From the NCBI GenBank assembly GCA_013239625.1, contig MU053557.1:3502123-3566122 (forward strand): a DNA stretch of 64,000 nucleotides, in the 5' to 3' direction. The DNA is from Lama guanicoe (Eukaryota). The translations under genes and the position numbers were made by a program. This document shows positions 49,984 to 63,097 of the stretch, piece after piece. The stretch's first letter is position 1. Every line of letters starts with the position of its first letter. Below the pieces are notes generated by a model. That model made no database searches. It was not told where the DNA came from and saw nothing but the letters and a program-made list of their open reading frames with translations.

Positions 49984-51270
49984 TTTTGTTTATTTATTTA
50001 TTTATTTATTTATTTAACGTTTTTTGTTGATTTATAATCATTTTACAATGTTGTGTCAAATTCCAGTGTAGAGCACAATTTTTCAGTTATACATGAACAT
50101 ATATATATTCATTGTCATGTTTTTTTCTCTGTGAGCTACCATAAGATCTTGTGTATATTTCCCTGTGCTTTACAGTATAATCTTGTTTATCTATTCTACA
50201 ATTTTAAAACCCCATCTATCCCTTCCCACTCTCTACCCCTTTGGCAACCACAAGTTTGTATTCTATGTCTATGAGTCTATTTCTGTTTTGTATTTATGCT
50301 TTGTTTTTTTGTTTTTGTTTTTTAGATTCCACATATGAGCGATCTCATATGGTATTTTTCTTTCTCTTTTTGGCTTACTTCACTTAGAATGACATTCTCC
50401 AGGAGCATCCATGTTGCTGCAAATGGCATTATGTTGTCTGTTTTTATGGCTGAGTAGTATTCCATTGTATAAATATACCACATCTTCTTTATCCAGTCAC
50501 CTGTTGATGGACATTTAGGCTATTTCCATGTCTTGGCTATTGTAAATAATGCTGCTATGAACATTAGGGTGCAGGTGTCATCCTGAAGTAGGGTTCCTTC
50601 TGGATATAAGCCCAGGAGCAAGATTCCTGGGTCATATGGTAAGTCTATTCCTAGTCTTTTGAGGAATCTCCGTACTGTTTTCCACAGTGGCTGTACCAAA
50701 CTGCATTCCCACCAGCAGTGTAGGAGTGTTCCCCTTTCTCCACAGCCTCTCCAGCATTTGTCATTTGTGAACTTTTGAATGATGGCCATTCTGACTGGTG
50801 TGAGGTGATACCTCATTGTAGTTTTGATTTGCATTTCTCTGATAATTAGTGATATTGAGCATTTTTTTATGTGTCTATTGATCATTTGTATGTCTTCCCT
50901 TGGAGAATTGCTTGTTTAGGTCTTCTGCCCATTTTTGGATTGGGTTGTTTATTTTCTTCTTATTGAGTCATATGAGCTGCTTATATATTCTGGAGATCAA
51001 GCCTTTGTCGGTTTCATTTGCAAAAATTTTTTCCCATTCCGTAGGTTGTCTTTTTGTTTTACTTCTGGTTCCCTTTGTTGTGCAGAAGCTTGTAAGTTTC
51101 ATTAGGTTCCATTTGTTTATTCTTGCTTTTATTTCTTCTAGGAGAAATTTTTTGAGATGTATGTCAGATAATGTTTTGCCTATATTTTCCTCTAGGAGGC
51201 TTATTGTATCTTGTCTTATGTTTAAGTCTTTGATTCATTTTGAGTTGATTTTTGTGTATGGTGTAGGGGA
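49984..51270 (-). mobile_element. 5'-truncated young L1 (ORF2 C-terminal Cys-rich region plus 3'UTR)
   Basis: ORF 50520-50885 ([18 protein letters not shown]); TSD AATTTTGGTTACTCTT / AATTTTGGTAACTCTT (49968-49983 / 51271-51286). Confidence 0.95.
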
Positions 51271-52066
51271 AATTTTGGTAACTCTTAAGACATGCCTATA
51301 CTAAACCAACAACTTAAATTAGCTTTAGTACTGAACATTGGTTTAGTATTGAAATACTTCCCAGATGGCGTGAACCTGAAATTCATTCTAGTTTCTTTTA
51401 TATTTCTGAGAATTTATGTAAGTGCTTACTTAATTTCCTTTAAGCCAATTAAATAGAGCTCATTTAAAAATTAATTTTGGGAATACTATCTGGAGTTTGA
51501 GACATATCATATCTCTAACATGCACACAAACATAGAGACAGACACAACCACAGATCTCATAGCTTCATTTAAAGTTTTAGTCATGAATCAATATTACAAT
51601 ATAAAAGTCACTAGTTTATAAATAACTGTTGGAATAAGCCAAGTTCACTTGCTTGAGGTTAAAAAGATCTTTTCCCCCCTCTTTTCCCCTCAGCCTCAGG
51701 TATTGGAGATGGTCTAGATAAGAGTGACATGAGTTCCTAAGAGCCCTGGTAAAATACTTAAATCTCAAAGGCACAGGAAGAGAAATGTAACCTCCTCCTA
51801 GAAGGACTCCTGTTTCCTTAGAGTCAGAATTTTGAAAATATCTGAAATTTCTCAATATCTGACACCTGGAAAGTCAGATATATTTTTTTATTCATCACCA
51901 AATAAAACTCAGAATTGTCAGCCAAGACAGGAGATCCAAGATCAGGAGAGACTAACCCAAATTTGTCTGAATTCACCAAGGAGGTAGAAAGGTACAAGGG
52001 GCTCTTGGAGTCACAAACTCTCCAGATTCTCCTAGTGTTCGGGCAAAGGAGAGAAGACTTCTCTGG

Positions 52067-52084
52067 GTCCCCTGATGGTTGCCA
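52067..52084 (-). other. Retroviral primer-binding site, tRNA-Arg-like
   Basis: Minus strand TGGCAACCATCAGGGGAC, 4 nt after the LTR end; resembles the ERV9/HERV-W-type PBS TGGC(A/G)ACCACGAAGGGA. Confidence 0.6.
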
Positions 52085-52088
52085 AAAC

Positions 52089-52540
52089 TGTCAACAAATA
52101 AAACTGCACCATGGGAGAGCTGTGAGTTTCAGTTTTATCCAGAGAACCTACTGAACTATAGCCTGGGAGATAGCCTTTCACACAGCTCTGAGGAACTGCT
52201 CCAAGGGTAGGAATATAGTATATATAGAGATTAATTGGCTGGGAAATATGTATAGTCAAGCTTTAAAATATTACTTATAATCACAAAGAACAGATATATC
52301 AAGTTAATGATTTTAGTGCTTTTCTGTGTATAGGAAGATACAAGAATCTGGGGTCATTGAAACTCCTCTTTAGATATGAATCTTAACTATCTAGAAGCCC
52401 TTGTATCCAAAGCATAGAATGCTTTTTTTTCCATCCTGAATTCCCTCAGAGTGCACTGTTAGTCGGTGACAGCAGTGGGTTGCGACCTAACCCTTTGTAT
52501 TAGGGGGTGATGAGTGACACTCTTTGTTCTTTTTTTCCCC
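52089..52540 (-). mobile_element. 5' LTR of the minus-strand provirus, related to the LTRs at 1211 and 6368
   Basis: Shares CAGATAT..CAAGTTAATG..TAGTGCTT and CCATCCTGAATTCCCTC blocks with 1211-1709; adjacent PBS. Confidence 0.75.
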
Positions 52541-53098
52541 TAAGAGATACCTGATGAAAGTTATGTTTTAGGAATAATGTTTTGGTGGTAGTTTGACAGA
52601 ATTAGAATTAGGAGGGACCATACACAGATGAGAAATAATGTAACAAGAGCTATTGGCACCTGAACTAGAGCCAATGTCATAGGAATAGAAAGCAATAGAA
52701 CTATCTCAAAAGGAAACCTCAGAAAAGATGTGGTCACTAATTGAATCTGGATAGGATAGACTCTCAGGGGTTCATGCTTTGGTGATTAGCCCTCAGAGAA
52801 CTTAAGAGTCAGAGGAGAAACTGACTGAGAGGAAGTGGACCCACTCATGTTCACTTGTTTACATTGACCAGACCATAAATAGACCAGTCTATATGCCAAC
52901 CTGAAGAGAAACAGATACATTAGAGCTCATTCAGAAAGGAGTCCTATAAGGAGGACAGAGGAATGAAATTGTGCTAAATAAGTAATTGGTGGAAAAAACA
53001 ATTTTTTTCAGCTTTATTGAGGTATAATTGACATATAAAATTATAAGATATTTAAAATATACATTGTGGTGATCTGACATGTGTATACATTGTGAAAG

Positions 53099-53586
53099 TG
53101 TTGGGGAGGAAGAAATTTCCCTCTGTCTCTATAGATTTTACTGGCTGGTCAAGTATTAAATTGATAGGAGACAGATTAACAAGAGAAAATCAAAGTTCAA
53201 TAACACGTATACATAAGGAGAGACCCAGGAAAACTGAGTAACTTGACAAAATGGCCAAAGCCCTCATCTTCAATACTGTCCTCAGCTAAAGACAAGAAAG
53301 GCTACCGGGAAAAGCACAGTGAACAAGGGTAAGGTTGTTATACAGATTTAAGTCACTGACTTCTCCATTAATAAGAGTTCCTAGAGGTTTGGCCATCCTC
53401 CTCTTGCAGACTCAGTGAGAGAGATACCTTAGAATTGGAGATTCATCTTACAAATGTAAATGTTTCTTACAAAAGATAATTTCCACTTGGCTTTCAGTTT
53501 TCCCTATGTCTCCTGCTTCTTAGAAAATAACCAGCTTATAATATTCCAGAGATATATTTTGGGGTGGCAAATTCTGTTCCCCTACA
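53099..53586 (-). mobile_element. ERV1-type solo LTR
   Basis: TGTTGGGG...CCCTACA; perfect TSD AAAG (53095-53098 / 53587-53590). Confidence 0.88.
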
Positions 53587-53631
53587 AAAGGATTCCTTCT
53601 ATCTAGTTAATTAACACATCTCTCACTTCAC

Positions 53632-53633
<2 letters not shown>

Positions 53634-53688
<55 letters not shown>

Positions 53689-53731
53689 TTTCTTTCTTTT
53701 CTTTGCTTTCTTGCTTTCTTGCTTTCTTTCT
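53634..53731. repeat. (TTTC)n microsatellite
   Basis: Read directly from the sequence. Confidence 0.95.
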
Positions 53732-56700
53732 TGAAAACATTTAAGTTCTACTCTCTAAGCAGATTTTGATTATATTTACAGTGTTATCAACTATAGTCAC
53801 CATCTTTTACATTAGATCCTCAGACTTTATATTCATCTTATAGCTGAAGGTTTGCACATTTTTACTAACCTCTCCATATTTCCCCCACCCTCCAACCCTG
53901 GCATCACACTTCTCCACTCTGTTTCTATGAGTTTGATTTTTTTTTCTTAGGTTCTACAAATGAATGATACTGTGCAATATTTGTCTTACTGTGTTTCTCT
54001 GGCTTATTTCACTTAGCATAATGCCCTCAAGGTCTATCCATGTTGTCACAAATGACAGAATTTACTTCTTTCTCATGGCTTAATAATATTTATTCCTATA
54101 TGTGTGTGTGTGTGTGTGTATAAAAAAAAATATATATATTTTATCCATTCATTGAATATTGATGGACCTTTAGGTTGTTTCCATGTCTTGACTATTGTAA
54201 ATGATATGGCAATAAATATGGGGGTATAAATATCTCTTCAAGATTCTATCCTCATCTCCTTTGGATATATACCAAAAGTGATATTGCTGAATCATATGGT
54301 GGTTCTATGTTTAGATTTTTCAGAAAGCTTCATACTGTTTTCCATAGTGTCTGCACCAGTTTACATTCCCACGAGCAGTTCACAAGACTTCCCTTATTTC
54401 CACATCCTCACCGACCTTGTTATCTTTTGTCTTTGTGATCAGAGCCATTCTAATAGGTATGAGGTCATATCTCACTGTGATTTTGTTTGAATTTCCCTGA
54501 TGATTATTAATGTTGAGCCCCTTTTAATGCACATGTTGGCTCTTTGGATATCTTTTTTGGATCTGTCTATTCAGATCCTTTGCCCATTATTAAATTGGAT
54601 TGTTTGGGAGTTTTGTTTTGTTTTGTTTTGTTTTTGGTATTGAGTTGAAAATAAAACAATTATGAGAAATTTTGACCTGGAGAAAAGGCTTACGGTAATG
54701 TGAGCTTCAAGAGGTTGAGGACTGCATCATTTTCCCTCCTGTTACACTCTCCTAGTGCCAAGGACAGCTTCTAACAGGGTAGAATGTAAATATATTTTTC
54801 TACATGAATTGAATAAATAAGTAATAACTTAAAACATGCAAGAATGATATGAGAGGATAGAAGATAGAAGGGTTATTGAGTAAAATGGAAAACCATTTTC
54901 CTTTGTGTCACCAGAAAGTAGAAGTAGGAACAATGAGTAAAAGAAGATAGATTATTAGGCAAGTATTTAAAATTACTTGGCAATAGTCAGTACTGTCCAA
55001 ATATGTAATGGACTGCCTGAGGTACTTGGGATGGGATGGGTGACCACAGGACAAAAATAATTTTACAGGAGTATGGATGAGACATTGGATTAAGGTCTTA
55101 AGGGTTTTTCCAATAGAGTATTTTCCCCTTGAGCTGATGGAAACATGCAGAGAAAGGGATGTACCTAAAAATGTAAATTTTGAAAGGTTTTGGAGCTTTT
55201 TTGTTGGCTATATGTTCAGCCTCCACTCATTTGGCTTCTCCCCTAAATTTGGGTTTTATCAGAGTTAAGGGGGAATGGTTCTCTGGCACTGGTGGTCTCT
55301 GAAGCTAGTAAAGTTCTTGATTTAGATTTTATCAAAGTTAAATCATCACATATAGTGAGTTTTGGAAAATGTCTAGCTCTGTGGGTATGTTATTAGCAGG
55401 CAGAAGGATTGAAAAAGGAGCTTGCATTACTGGTAACTCTTTAATCTAGAAGGCAAAAGTAACTTTTCTTCAGTCAATAAGAATGGCAAAGCCAAAAATA
55501 ATTATTAATAAAAGCAACAATAGCAATAAAATCTATAATAAATAATACAAAATAAATAATGAAAAGCACTCATTGTCTATCAAGAACTGTGCTGTACACC
55601 ATAAAACTCATCTGATGCTACAAAACACGTTAGGGGCTGTTACTATCCCCATTTAACAGATGAGAAAACTTGAGGTTGTGTAGGCTTAGAATCCTGCTTG
55701 TCACACTGAGGCCGTACTGTGAGCAGTGGCAGTTAAATGCAGATCCTAGTAAATCCACAATCACATTCTTAAACACACTAGAAACCATCTTCTACACCTA
55801 CGTGCTCCATCAAAGAAATTGGTGCAGATGAAACATTTGTGTGTGTCTCTGGAAAGTAGGATATACCTTAAGCATGTGAGCAGGTTGTTCTTTTTAATAC
55901 TAGAAACAGATGAAGGAGGAAATCGCTAAAGAACAGCATGTTCCTTAGGTTGGAATCTGAGCACCCGGGGAAGTCCCTTGGTCAAACAGTACAGTGTCCA
56001 CTCGGTTCAGGTTAGGGACCGGGGCCAATTTAAAGTCTTAAAATCCCATAAGTCATTTGCTGAACTTTACATTGGGACTTTTAACAAACACTGACTGCTA
56101 ATACAATGTTTACCAAAGGAAGTACTTTTTTCTGAAGTTTACAGGAAAGATCCAACATTTAAAAACATTTTTTAAGATGGGTTTTGACTTTAAACCATAA
56201 AACATGCTCATGATACATTTGGTTAGAGAAAAGCAGTATAAAGAGGCAATTTTGGTGTTAGAAAAGACATCCTTTTTAAGCCCTCATGGATCATTTAACT
56301 TCTATTTGTTTGTTCTGACTCAGGCTTCTGGAGACATACAGGACAAGCCTGCTACCTTTTCTTTATGATAACCCATCATGTAACTGAAGGCAATGACCCA
56401 CTCGCCCACCTCCTTGCCAGGCTGGATCTTATGTGGTAGTAATAATGAAAATGGGTTGAGTTGAGGATGTTGGCTTTAAAGGAACGTGGACCGACTCAAG
56501 GGAAAAGGTCATTCACTAGAAGGTATCCAGATGGGCGTTAGAACGCCATCAGAGACCGAGAGTGCTTTCTTTCAGGGTCAACTCCTCTTTCCCCTCTTGT
56601 GGGTCACAAGGTTGCGGTCTTTTAAGGTGACTGTGCTTTCTCTCTGCTCTACTCTTCCTCTTTTGATAGCAGCTTCTCTCTCTTCTTTATTTTCCTTAAA

Positions 56701-57303
56701 GTTTCTGCTTCCTTTGAGTTTCCCCTTGCCATGATCCCTCTTGACTCAGAGCAGTCTTTAATTTTCAGCTTCTACAGCCCACTACTTCTTCTTCGTGTAT
56801 TAACTTTCATGTTTCTAAAATGCAAATTCTGACCTAGCTCATGGTGTGTGTGTGTGTGTGTGTACCCACACGCCCCGGGTCATGCCATAGTTCATAGGTC
56901 TCATGCCAGCCTGTAGCTTGTCTGTTCTGGAGCTAGGTGCTTGGTCCCTGGATAAATCCTCTAGAGTCAGTGATTTGAGATCTTGTGGTGAAACTCGTGG
57001 GCATCTAGTAAACAGGAGCTGTGGGGGAGGCAGCCGCCTTCCATCAGTCTGTCAGCCATCCTGAGGCTCAGTCTATCCAGCAGAATCATAAGTCTCTACA
57101 TTTCCTGAAAGACATTTGCATACAAAATGTCCTCAAGTACACGACTCATTTAAGTCTCACCAACACTGAGACTCTAATTTCCCAGTTTTAAAGAATAAAA
57201 AGCAACTAAAATGAAGTATCCAGCACAAAGACAGCGTTATTAATACAAGTTGTCTAGAACTGTGGTCTATTTGATCCTAAGACAAGTGCTCTTTCTTCTA
57301 TAT

Positions 57304-57424
57304 CAAAGGTTCTCAAACTTTAGCATACATCAGAGTCACGTGAAGGGCTTACTAAACCACACATCGTTGGCCTGCAGGCCAGAGCTTCTGATGTAGTAGG
57401 TTTAAGAGTGATCCAGAGAATATG
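57304..57424. mobile_element. MER5A-like DNA transposon fragment
   Basis: GGTTCTCAAACTTTAGCATACATCAGAGTCAC...TTCTGATGTAGTAGGT. Confidence 0.7.
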
Positions 57425-57429
57425 TAGAA

Positions 57430-58140
57430 AAAAGTGGGAAATAACAAATGTTGGCAGGATGTGGAAAAATTAGTATCCTTGCTTGTTGCTAATGGGAATG
57501 TAAAATGGTGCAGACTCTGTGGAAAACTATATGAAGGCTCCTCAAAAAAATTAAAAATAGAATTGCTAGATGATATAGCAATCCCTCTTATGGGTATATG
57601 CCCAAAAGAATTGAAGGCAGGGACTCACAGATATTTGTACACCCAATATAATATTTGTATTGTGAATCATAGCAGCATTCACAATAGCAAAAAAGAGGAA
57701 AACAACCTAAAGTCCATTGAAAAACAAATGAATCAGCAAAAGGTAGTATATACGTTCATCAGAATATCATTCAGCCTTAGCAAGGAAGGACATTCTGACA
57801 TATGCTGAAACATGATGATCCTCGATGACACTGTGTAAGTGAACTAAACCAGTCACAAAAGGACAAATGTTGTATGATTCCATCTGTGTGAACCTAGCGT
57901 AGTCGAATTCATAAGACATAGAAAGAATGGTGGTTGCTAGGGGCTGGGGAGGAGGAGGAGTTGGGGAGTAATAACAACTTGTACGGGTACAAATTGTTAA
58001 TTTGGGAAAATGAAAAAGTTCTGGAGATGGATGGTGATGATGGTTACACAGCAGTGTGTGGGGACTTAATGCCACTGAACCGTGTACTTAAAAACGGTTA
58101 AAATGGTAAATTTTATGTTTTATGTGTATTGCCACAAGGA
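57430..58140 (+). mobile_element. L1MB-like 3' region
   Basis: ORF 57434-57808 resembles L1 ORF2 C-terminus (NNKCWQDVEKL...LKIELLDDIAIPLMGICPKELK); 3'UTR ending AAAATGGTAAATTTTATG. Confidence 0.88.
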
Positions 58141-59820
58141 AATTCAAGGAGTTGGTGAATTTTGAGCAGCTGCGGGAATTTAGGGAATAGCCTAGCTGCT
58201 CTTATCCAACTAGGAGTAATTATTCTAGAAGTCTTATAGGCATGTCAGCCTTGCTGCCAAGTGTTTTGTCCAGAGCTTATGAAATAATGAGTCTCAATGG
58301 GGAAAATTTGTGCAGGGCAGCTGATCTTGGATAAAGTTGCAGGAACAAAAACTGATAGGAACTTAGAAGTTAGCAGTTGCCACCAACAGTTACCTGCCAC
58401 AAGGCACCTGTGGCTCCTGGTTCTCTGCCTTGACACGACTCACTCCTTTGAGAGGCCTCCCATCTTCTTGATCCCAAAGGAAAAGCTCAGAGGAAGGAGT
58501 GTTGGGTCAGGGGAGTCAGATACCACTGTAGATACTTAGAGTGTCAGAGCTGGAAGGAGACTGGGAATCATCAATTACAACACCCCTCCTTTGAATCCTC
58601 TGCCCAGAAAGAATGCTTGGCCAAGTGTCACTCAGCTACTGTCAAGCAGAGCAGGGATTCAAAGCCAGTTTCCCTGCCTCCCAAGTTCTTTCCACAGCAT
58701 CATGCAGCCTCATGGATGCACAGCACTTAAATCATCCAATTCCTGACTCAAAGGAGTATGAAGTTAGAAATTATGAGCGTTTTTCTAATCGTGTTGCCTG
58801 TCTTATGCTGTCTCTAACCACCACTGCAGGCCACAGTGTTGCTAGGTACATTTTCCAAAAACATGGTTCTCATTGTACCACTTAAATCTAAAAACTTTTC
58901 ATGGAAATGGAAAAATACACAACTGAAGAAAGGGCAGTCAAGAAACTCTCTGTGTATCAACAGGGAAAAGCTCCAGGGTATATTGCTAAGTGGAGGGAAA
59001 AAGAGACGCATGCCATTATTTGGGTATGAAAGAGAGGGAATCAAATAATGTATTTGTATTTGCTCTTATTTACATAAGAAAATGCTCAAAGGATAAATAA
59101 ACATTTTTATATTATTCAAACCATGAATACATGATAATTTTGCAAAAATAAAATACAACCCTTGACTAGCTTTCTTCCTCTTTTATCATTTTCCACCAAA
59201 ACCTTGAACTACAATTTTAGAATTTTCAGTGTTTCTAATAATCTCAAGTCTCTCATGAAGCTGACTTCCATGCCAATGTTCACGCCCTTCCCCACTTTTT
59301 TTTTTTTTTAACGAAGAAAGTTCCTGTTGAACTTTTCGTATCTTACTTAGATCTGCCTTGTCTATGAAGTCTTTCTTGTCCCCAGATGGAGTTAGTCCTC
59401 CCTTCCTGGGTTCTTAGCCCTTTGGCACCACCACTGTCACTGTCCTTCTGCATCTGAGAAGTTGAACATTGACTTACCAGGCAGTGAGTTACTAGAGGCA
59501 AGGACTCCCACCCCCGGTCCTCTGGCATAATGCTTGCCACAATGCACAGTGTCATGGTTCATAGCACTCATTTTAACTGATGATTCTTTTGCATTTATTA
59601 TTAAGCATATATTTATCACCATTAAAACTGTTTCCTAAAACTCATTGACAGACACATGACCTTTCAATGCTGGTTATCTCTTTTAATATTTTTATTTTTC
59701 AAACTTTGTTGAAACAGTATTTAAAAAAATGCATTAGTCTTTGTTCCGTTCACTGTGCAGAGTTTAATGAGCTTAGTTTCCTCTTTCTTTGATGATGAAA
59801 CACTAGACTATTGTTTAAAA

Positions 59821-60050
59821 CCGGAATCAGGGTAAGGGGAGTGAGGTCAAATCATCAAGTGCAGAGTTAGACCCTGTCTTTATTTAAAATTTTATATTTT
59901 TTTTCATCATGGACTTTTCTGAATTAATATGATTTGTAAGTAATTATTGCATCAAGGTATTGTTTATCTTGAAGCTGAGTTTTTTGGTGTTCCCTTAAAT
60001 TTTGCACCTGAGGTGAGTATCTTACTAGTTTCACCCTAGTACCAGCCCTG
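59821..60050 (-). mobile_element. hAT MITE (MER96B-like)
   Basis: Imperfect terminal inverted repeats (CAGGGTAAGG...GTGAGG / TCACCCTAGTACCAGCCCTG) and CCCTTAAATTTTGCACC motif. Confidence 0.65.
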
Positions 60051-61489
60051 CTAGTGTTCTGGTTACCAAATACCATTATTTTAGTTGTTCAGGTGTTTCT
60101 GGCACAAATTGAACAGAATGTAGGACCTCACTAGGACCTGAGTTTCTGGTGATGTTTCCATGGAAGCTTATTGAGATAGTGTTGCTGGAATTTTCTCTCC
60201 CTTCCTTGGCTTCTTCCTGCCATACCACCTGCCCTCACCCACTTGTAATTCCTAGGTTGGGCCCATTCCTCTAGGCCCAGCCTCAGTGCCCACTCTCCAT
60301 GAAGACTTCCCCAGACATTACCAGTGTTCCTCGTCTTCCCACCCCGGGGGGCCACTTATGCAGATTCCCGTCCTAGCATAGACAGCTGGCTGTGCTCCAT
60401 TTCCAAGTTCTAGTTCTTCAGGATTTGGTTCTGTCTCTGCAACTTTGAATTACAAACACTCAAAGCATTTATCTAGATTGTAACGTAAGTGTCTGAATTG
60501 TGTCCAAGATTGCCTATGCAACTGGTTATCACTGATTTCCTTAAAAGCGATTTTCTGTGGAAAAAACCTTTGAACATAATTTTGCTTTTCTCTTTTGTAA
60601 CAACATCATTCCAAGCGCCACCCTCTTTTAGTTGTTGTTAGGGGTGTTGCCTGTAGCAGATCTCCTGTTGCCCTCTGAAAAATGTCCTTTATCTAGTCAA
60701 GGGCTCCTGATAGTCTTTCCTGGTTTTTATTAGCAATAAGTTAACTCTGAATTGGGAATAAACTGGAAACAGCTGTCATGATCTGCTAGTTAGTCTATTT
60801 AATTTGCACCAGGAACTCTTCTCCTTAGTCTCTGAAATCATGTATTGCAAACCTTTATCCTTTAAGACTTAATCAATCCTGGCATAGGCTCTAACCTTGG
60901 GATTATTATTTATCCATGTACATTATTCTCGACATGTTCAATGTGTCTTCCTTTTATAAATGAGTCTAGTTTCTTGCTCCTGCCTCCCAGGCACCTCAAG
61001 TTCTAGTTCTGAAACACAGTCCAGGACTGGAGCCCATTTATAAGGTGTGATTTATTCTGTAAAATTCTGTTTGATTTTGGATTTCTGTAGACCTATTTAA
61101 GAAGATGGAATGAGTTGTGAACAGCTGGACTGGGAAACTGGGTCATGTCACGAAGTATTTGTTGTCTGGGAGCTGGGATTCAGGCCTGCCTGGCTCTTCA
61201 GAGAGTACTTGTTCTCAGGCAGCTGGCAGGGGGTGAAACAAATGGTCCTGAAATCATGCCCACTGAAGACATAGAGACCTGGGGTGAAGCAGCTGTTGAT
61301 AAAAGCCATAGACCAGGTGACCAGGTGAGAGGGCTTCTGAGTAAGGCCACCCGGTACAGGTCCCCTCTGTTCTCTTGAGAGGAGGCAAAGTCCAGACAGG
61401 GACACTTGCAAGGGCAACCAGCAGAGGAAGACTCACTATGGCTGCAAGGACCCAGAAGGGTGGGCTGGACCTGGCCAGCTGGTTTTGGC

Positions 61490-61853
61490 TTAGTTTCAAG
61501 GCTACAAGGATGAGCAGCAGGTGGTTATGGTCAGAGGCAGAATGAAGCCAACGACAAAACGGCTGGAGATCAGCTTTTGGTCTGTGGGATGATGATCTCC
61601 CTCCACAGCTCATAACTCTGCTGCATTTCATTCCATGGGTCGTACTGGTTGAAGTGATTAATAGGTGACGCCTTTCAGCTATTACTGCATGGAGTACTTG
61701 GTAGAGGGCATCTTTAACCTCTCTATTGTCCTTTACTTTGGCGTCAGAAACATGCAATAACAGCATTCTGAAAGATGTCATCAGAATATGTCTTATGGAA
61801 CTGAAAGGGTTGACTGCTTCATCACGGATGGCAATGAAGTCACTGGATTTCAA
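61490..61853 (-). mobile_element. Ancient RTE-clade (L4/RTE-X-like) LINE fragment encoding a degenerate AP-endonuclease
   Basis: Minus ORF contains NPFSSIRHILMTSFR, EVKDALYQVLHAVIAE..HLLI and SDHNHLLLILVALKL, resembling RTE APE motifs including the terminal SDH. Confidence 0.5.
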
Positions 61854-62479
61854 GGGGTTAGTTTTGAGTCCTAATTTTCAGACCGAGTTGTAAAATGACC
61901 TTGACTTCACTGATCCTTAGCTATGAAATTAATATAAATTTTTATAGCTTAAATAAGTTTAGCTTAATGAAGGTAATTTGACAATGAGAAAATATACAAA
62001 TATATGAATTATTATGGTTTAAAATAGTTTGACATTATAAGGATGTAATGTTAGTATTTGGAAAGATCATCCTCATGGGACACTTGGGTAGGTAAAAACA
62101 CTGAAGCCCAGAGAGCTTCCCTCTGGTCTTGGTGCGGTTGGAATGGCTCACTTATTGTCATCGTAGGAACATCTAGGGACCTTCCCTGGGTGCAGAAAGT
62201 CAGCACTGAATACCTCCCCAAAGATGGGATGGGTAACTTTGTGGGAAGATTGAAGGATAAGTGTTAAAATTAGAAGAGATCGGAAAGGATACCATTGAAG
62301 GAAAAAGTTGAACATAAATCTGAATTTAAATATTGAATGTAAACATATGACTATAAATAATGAATGTGATTCTGGCGCATTGCTGTTAGCAACAGGTTGG
62401 AATAATCTATATTGTACAAAGCTTTTTGCATTACATCATCACAAATGACCATGATTACACATCTAAGGGATCATACATC

Positions 62480-63097
62480 TTTTTTTTATTTAAAAAATTA
62501 GAAATTTTTTTTCTTATTGTAGTAAGAACACTTAACATGAGATCTACTCTCCTAACAGGTTTTTAAGTGTTCAATACAGTACTGTTATCTGTAGGCACAG
62601 TATTGTTCAGCATATCTCTAGAACTTATTCACTTGCATAACTGAAATTTTATATCCACTGATTAGCAGTTCCCCATTTCCCCCTTTTTCCAGCCCCTGGA
62701 AACCACTTTCTATTCTTTGCTTCTAAGAGTATGATTATTTTAGATAGCTCATGTGAGTGGAATCATAAAGTATTTGTTCTTCTGTGACTGGTTTATTTCA
62801 CTTAGCATAATGTCCTTAAGGTTCATACACATTATCATATATTGTAGTATTTCCTTCCCTTTTTAGGGCTGAGTAATATTCCATTGTATTTAAATACCAC
62901 ATTTTAAAAATCCGCTCATCTGTTGGTAAATATTTAGATTGTTTCCACATCTTGGCCATTGTGAATAGTGCTGCAGTGAGCATGGCAGAGCTAATATAGC
63001 TAAGACCCTGATTTTGATTCTTTTAGATAAATACCAAGAAGTAGAATTGCTGGATCATATGGTAGTTCTATTTTTAGTTTTTTGAGAAATTGCCATC
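62480..63097 (-). mobile_element. L1MA-like 3' end
   Basis: GTAAGAACACTTAACATGAGATCTAC; TTTCACTTAGCATAATG; GAATTGCTGGATCATATGGTAGTTCTA. Confidence 0.85.

Larger units (their letters stand above)
46830..52088 (-). mobile_element. Decayed AT-rich non-coding ERV1 internal region (MER4-group-like), interrupted by a SINE and an L1; 3' LTR not seen
   Basis: Abuts the PBS and LTR at 52067-52540; no long ORFs; composition typical of non-autonomous ERV1 internal sequence. Confidence 0.65.
53000..54650 (-). mobile_element. L1 (L1MA-like) 3' region interrupted by an LTR and microsatellites
   Basis: GCTTTATTGAGGTATAATTGAC head; TTTCACTTAGCATAATG, CAGTTTACATTCCCAC motifs. Confidence 0.85.

Noticed and set aside
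50520..50885. Cys/His-rich ORF as a host zinc-finger gene
   Set aside because: It is the L1 ORF2 C-terminus in a truncated copy; the same applies to ORFs at 3419, 57434 and 63261
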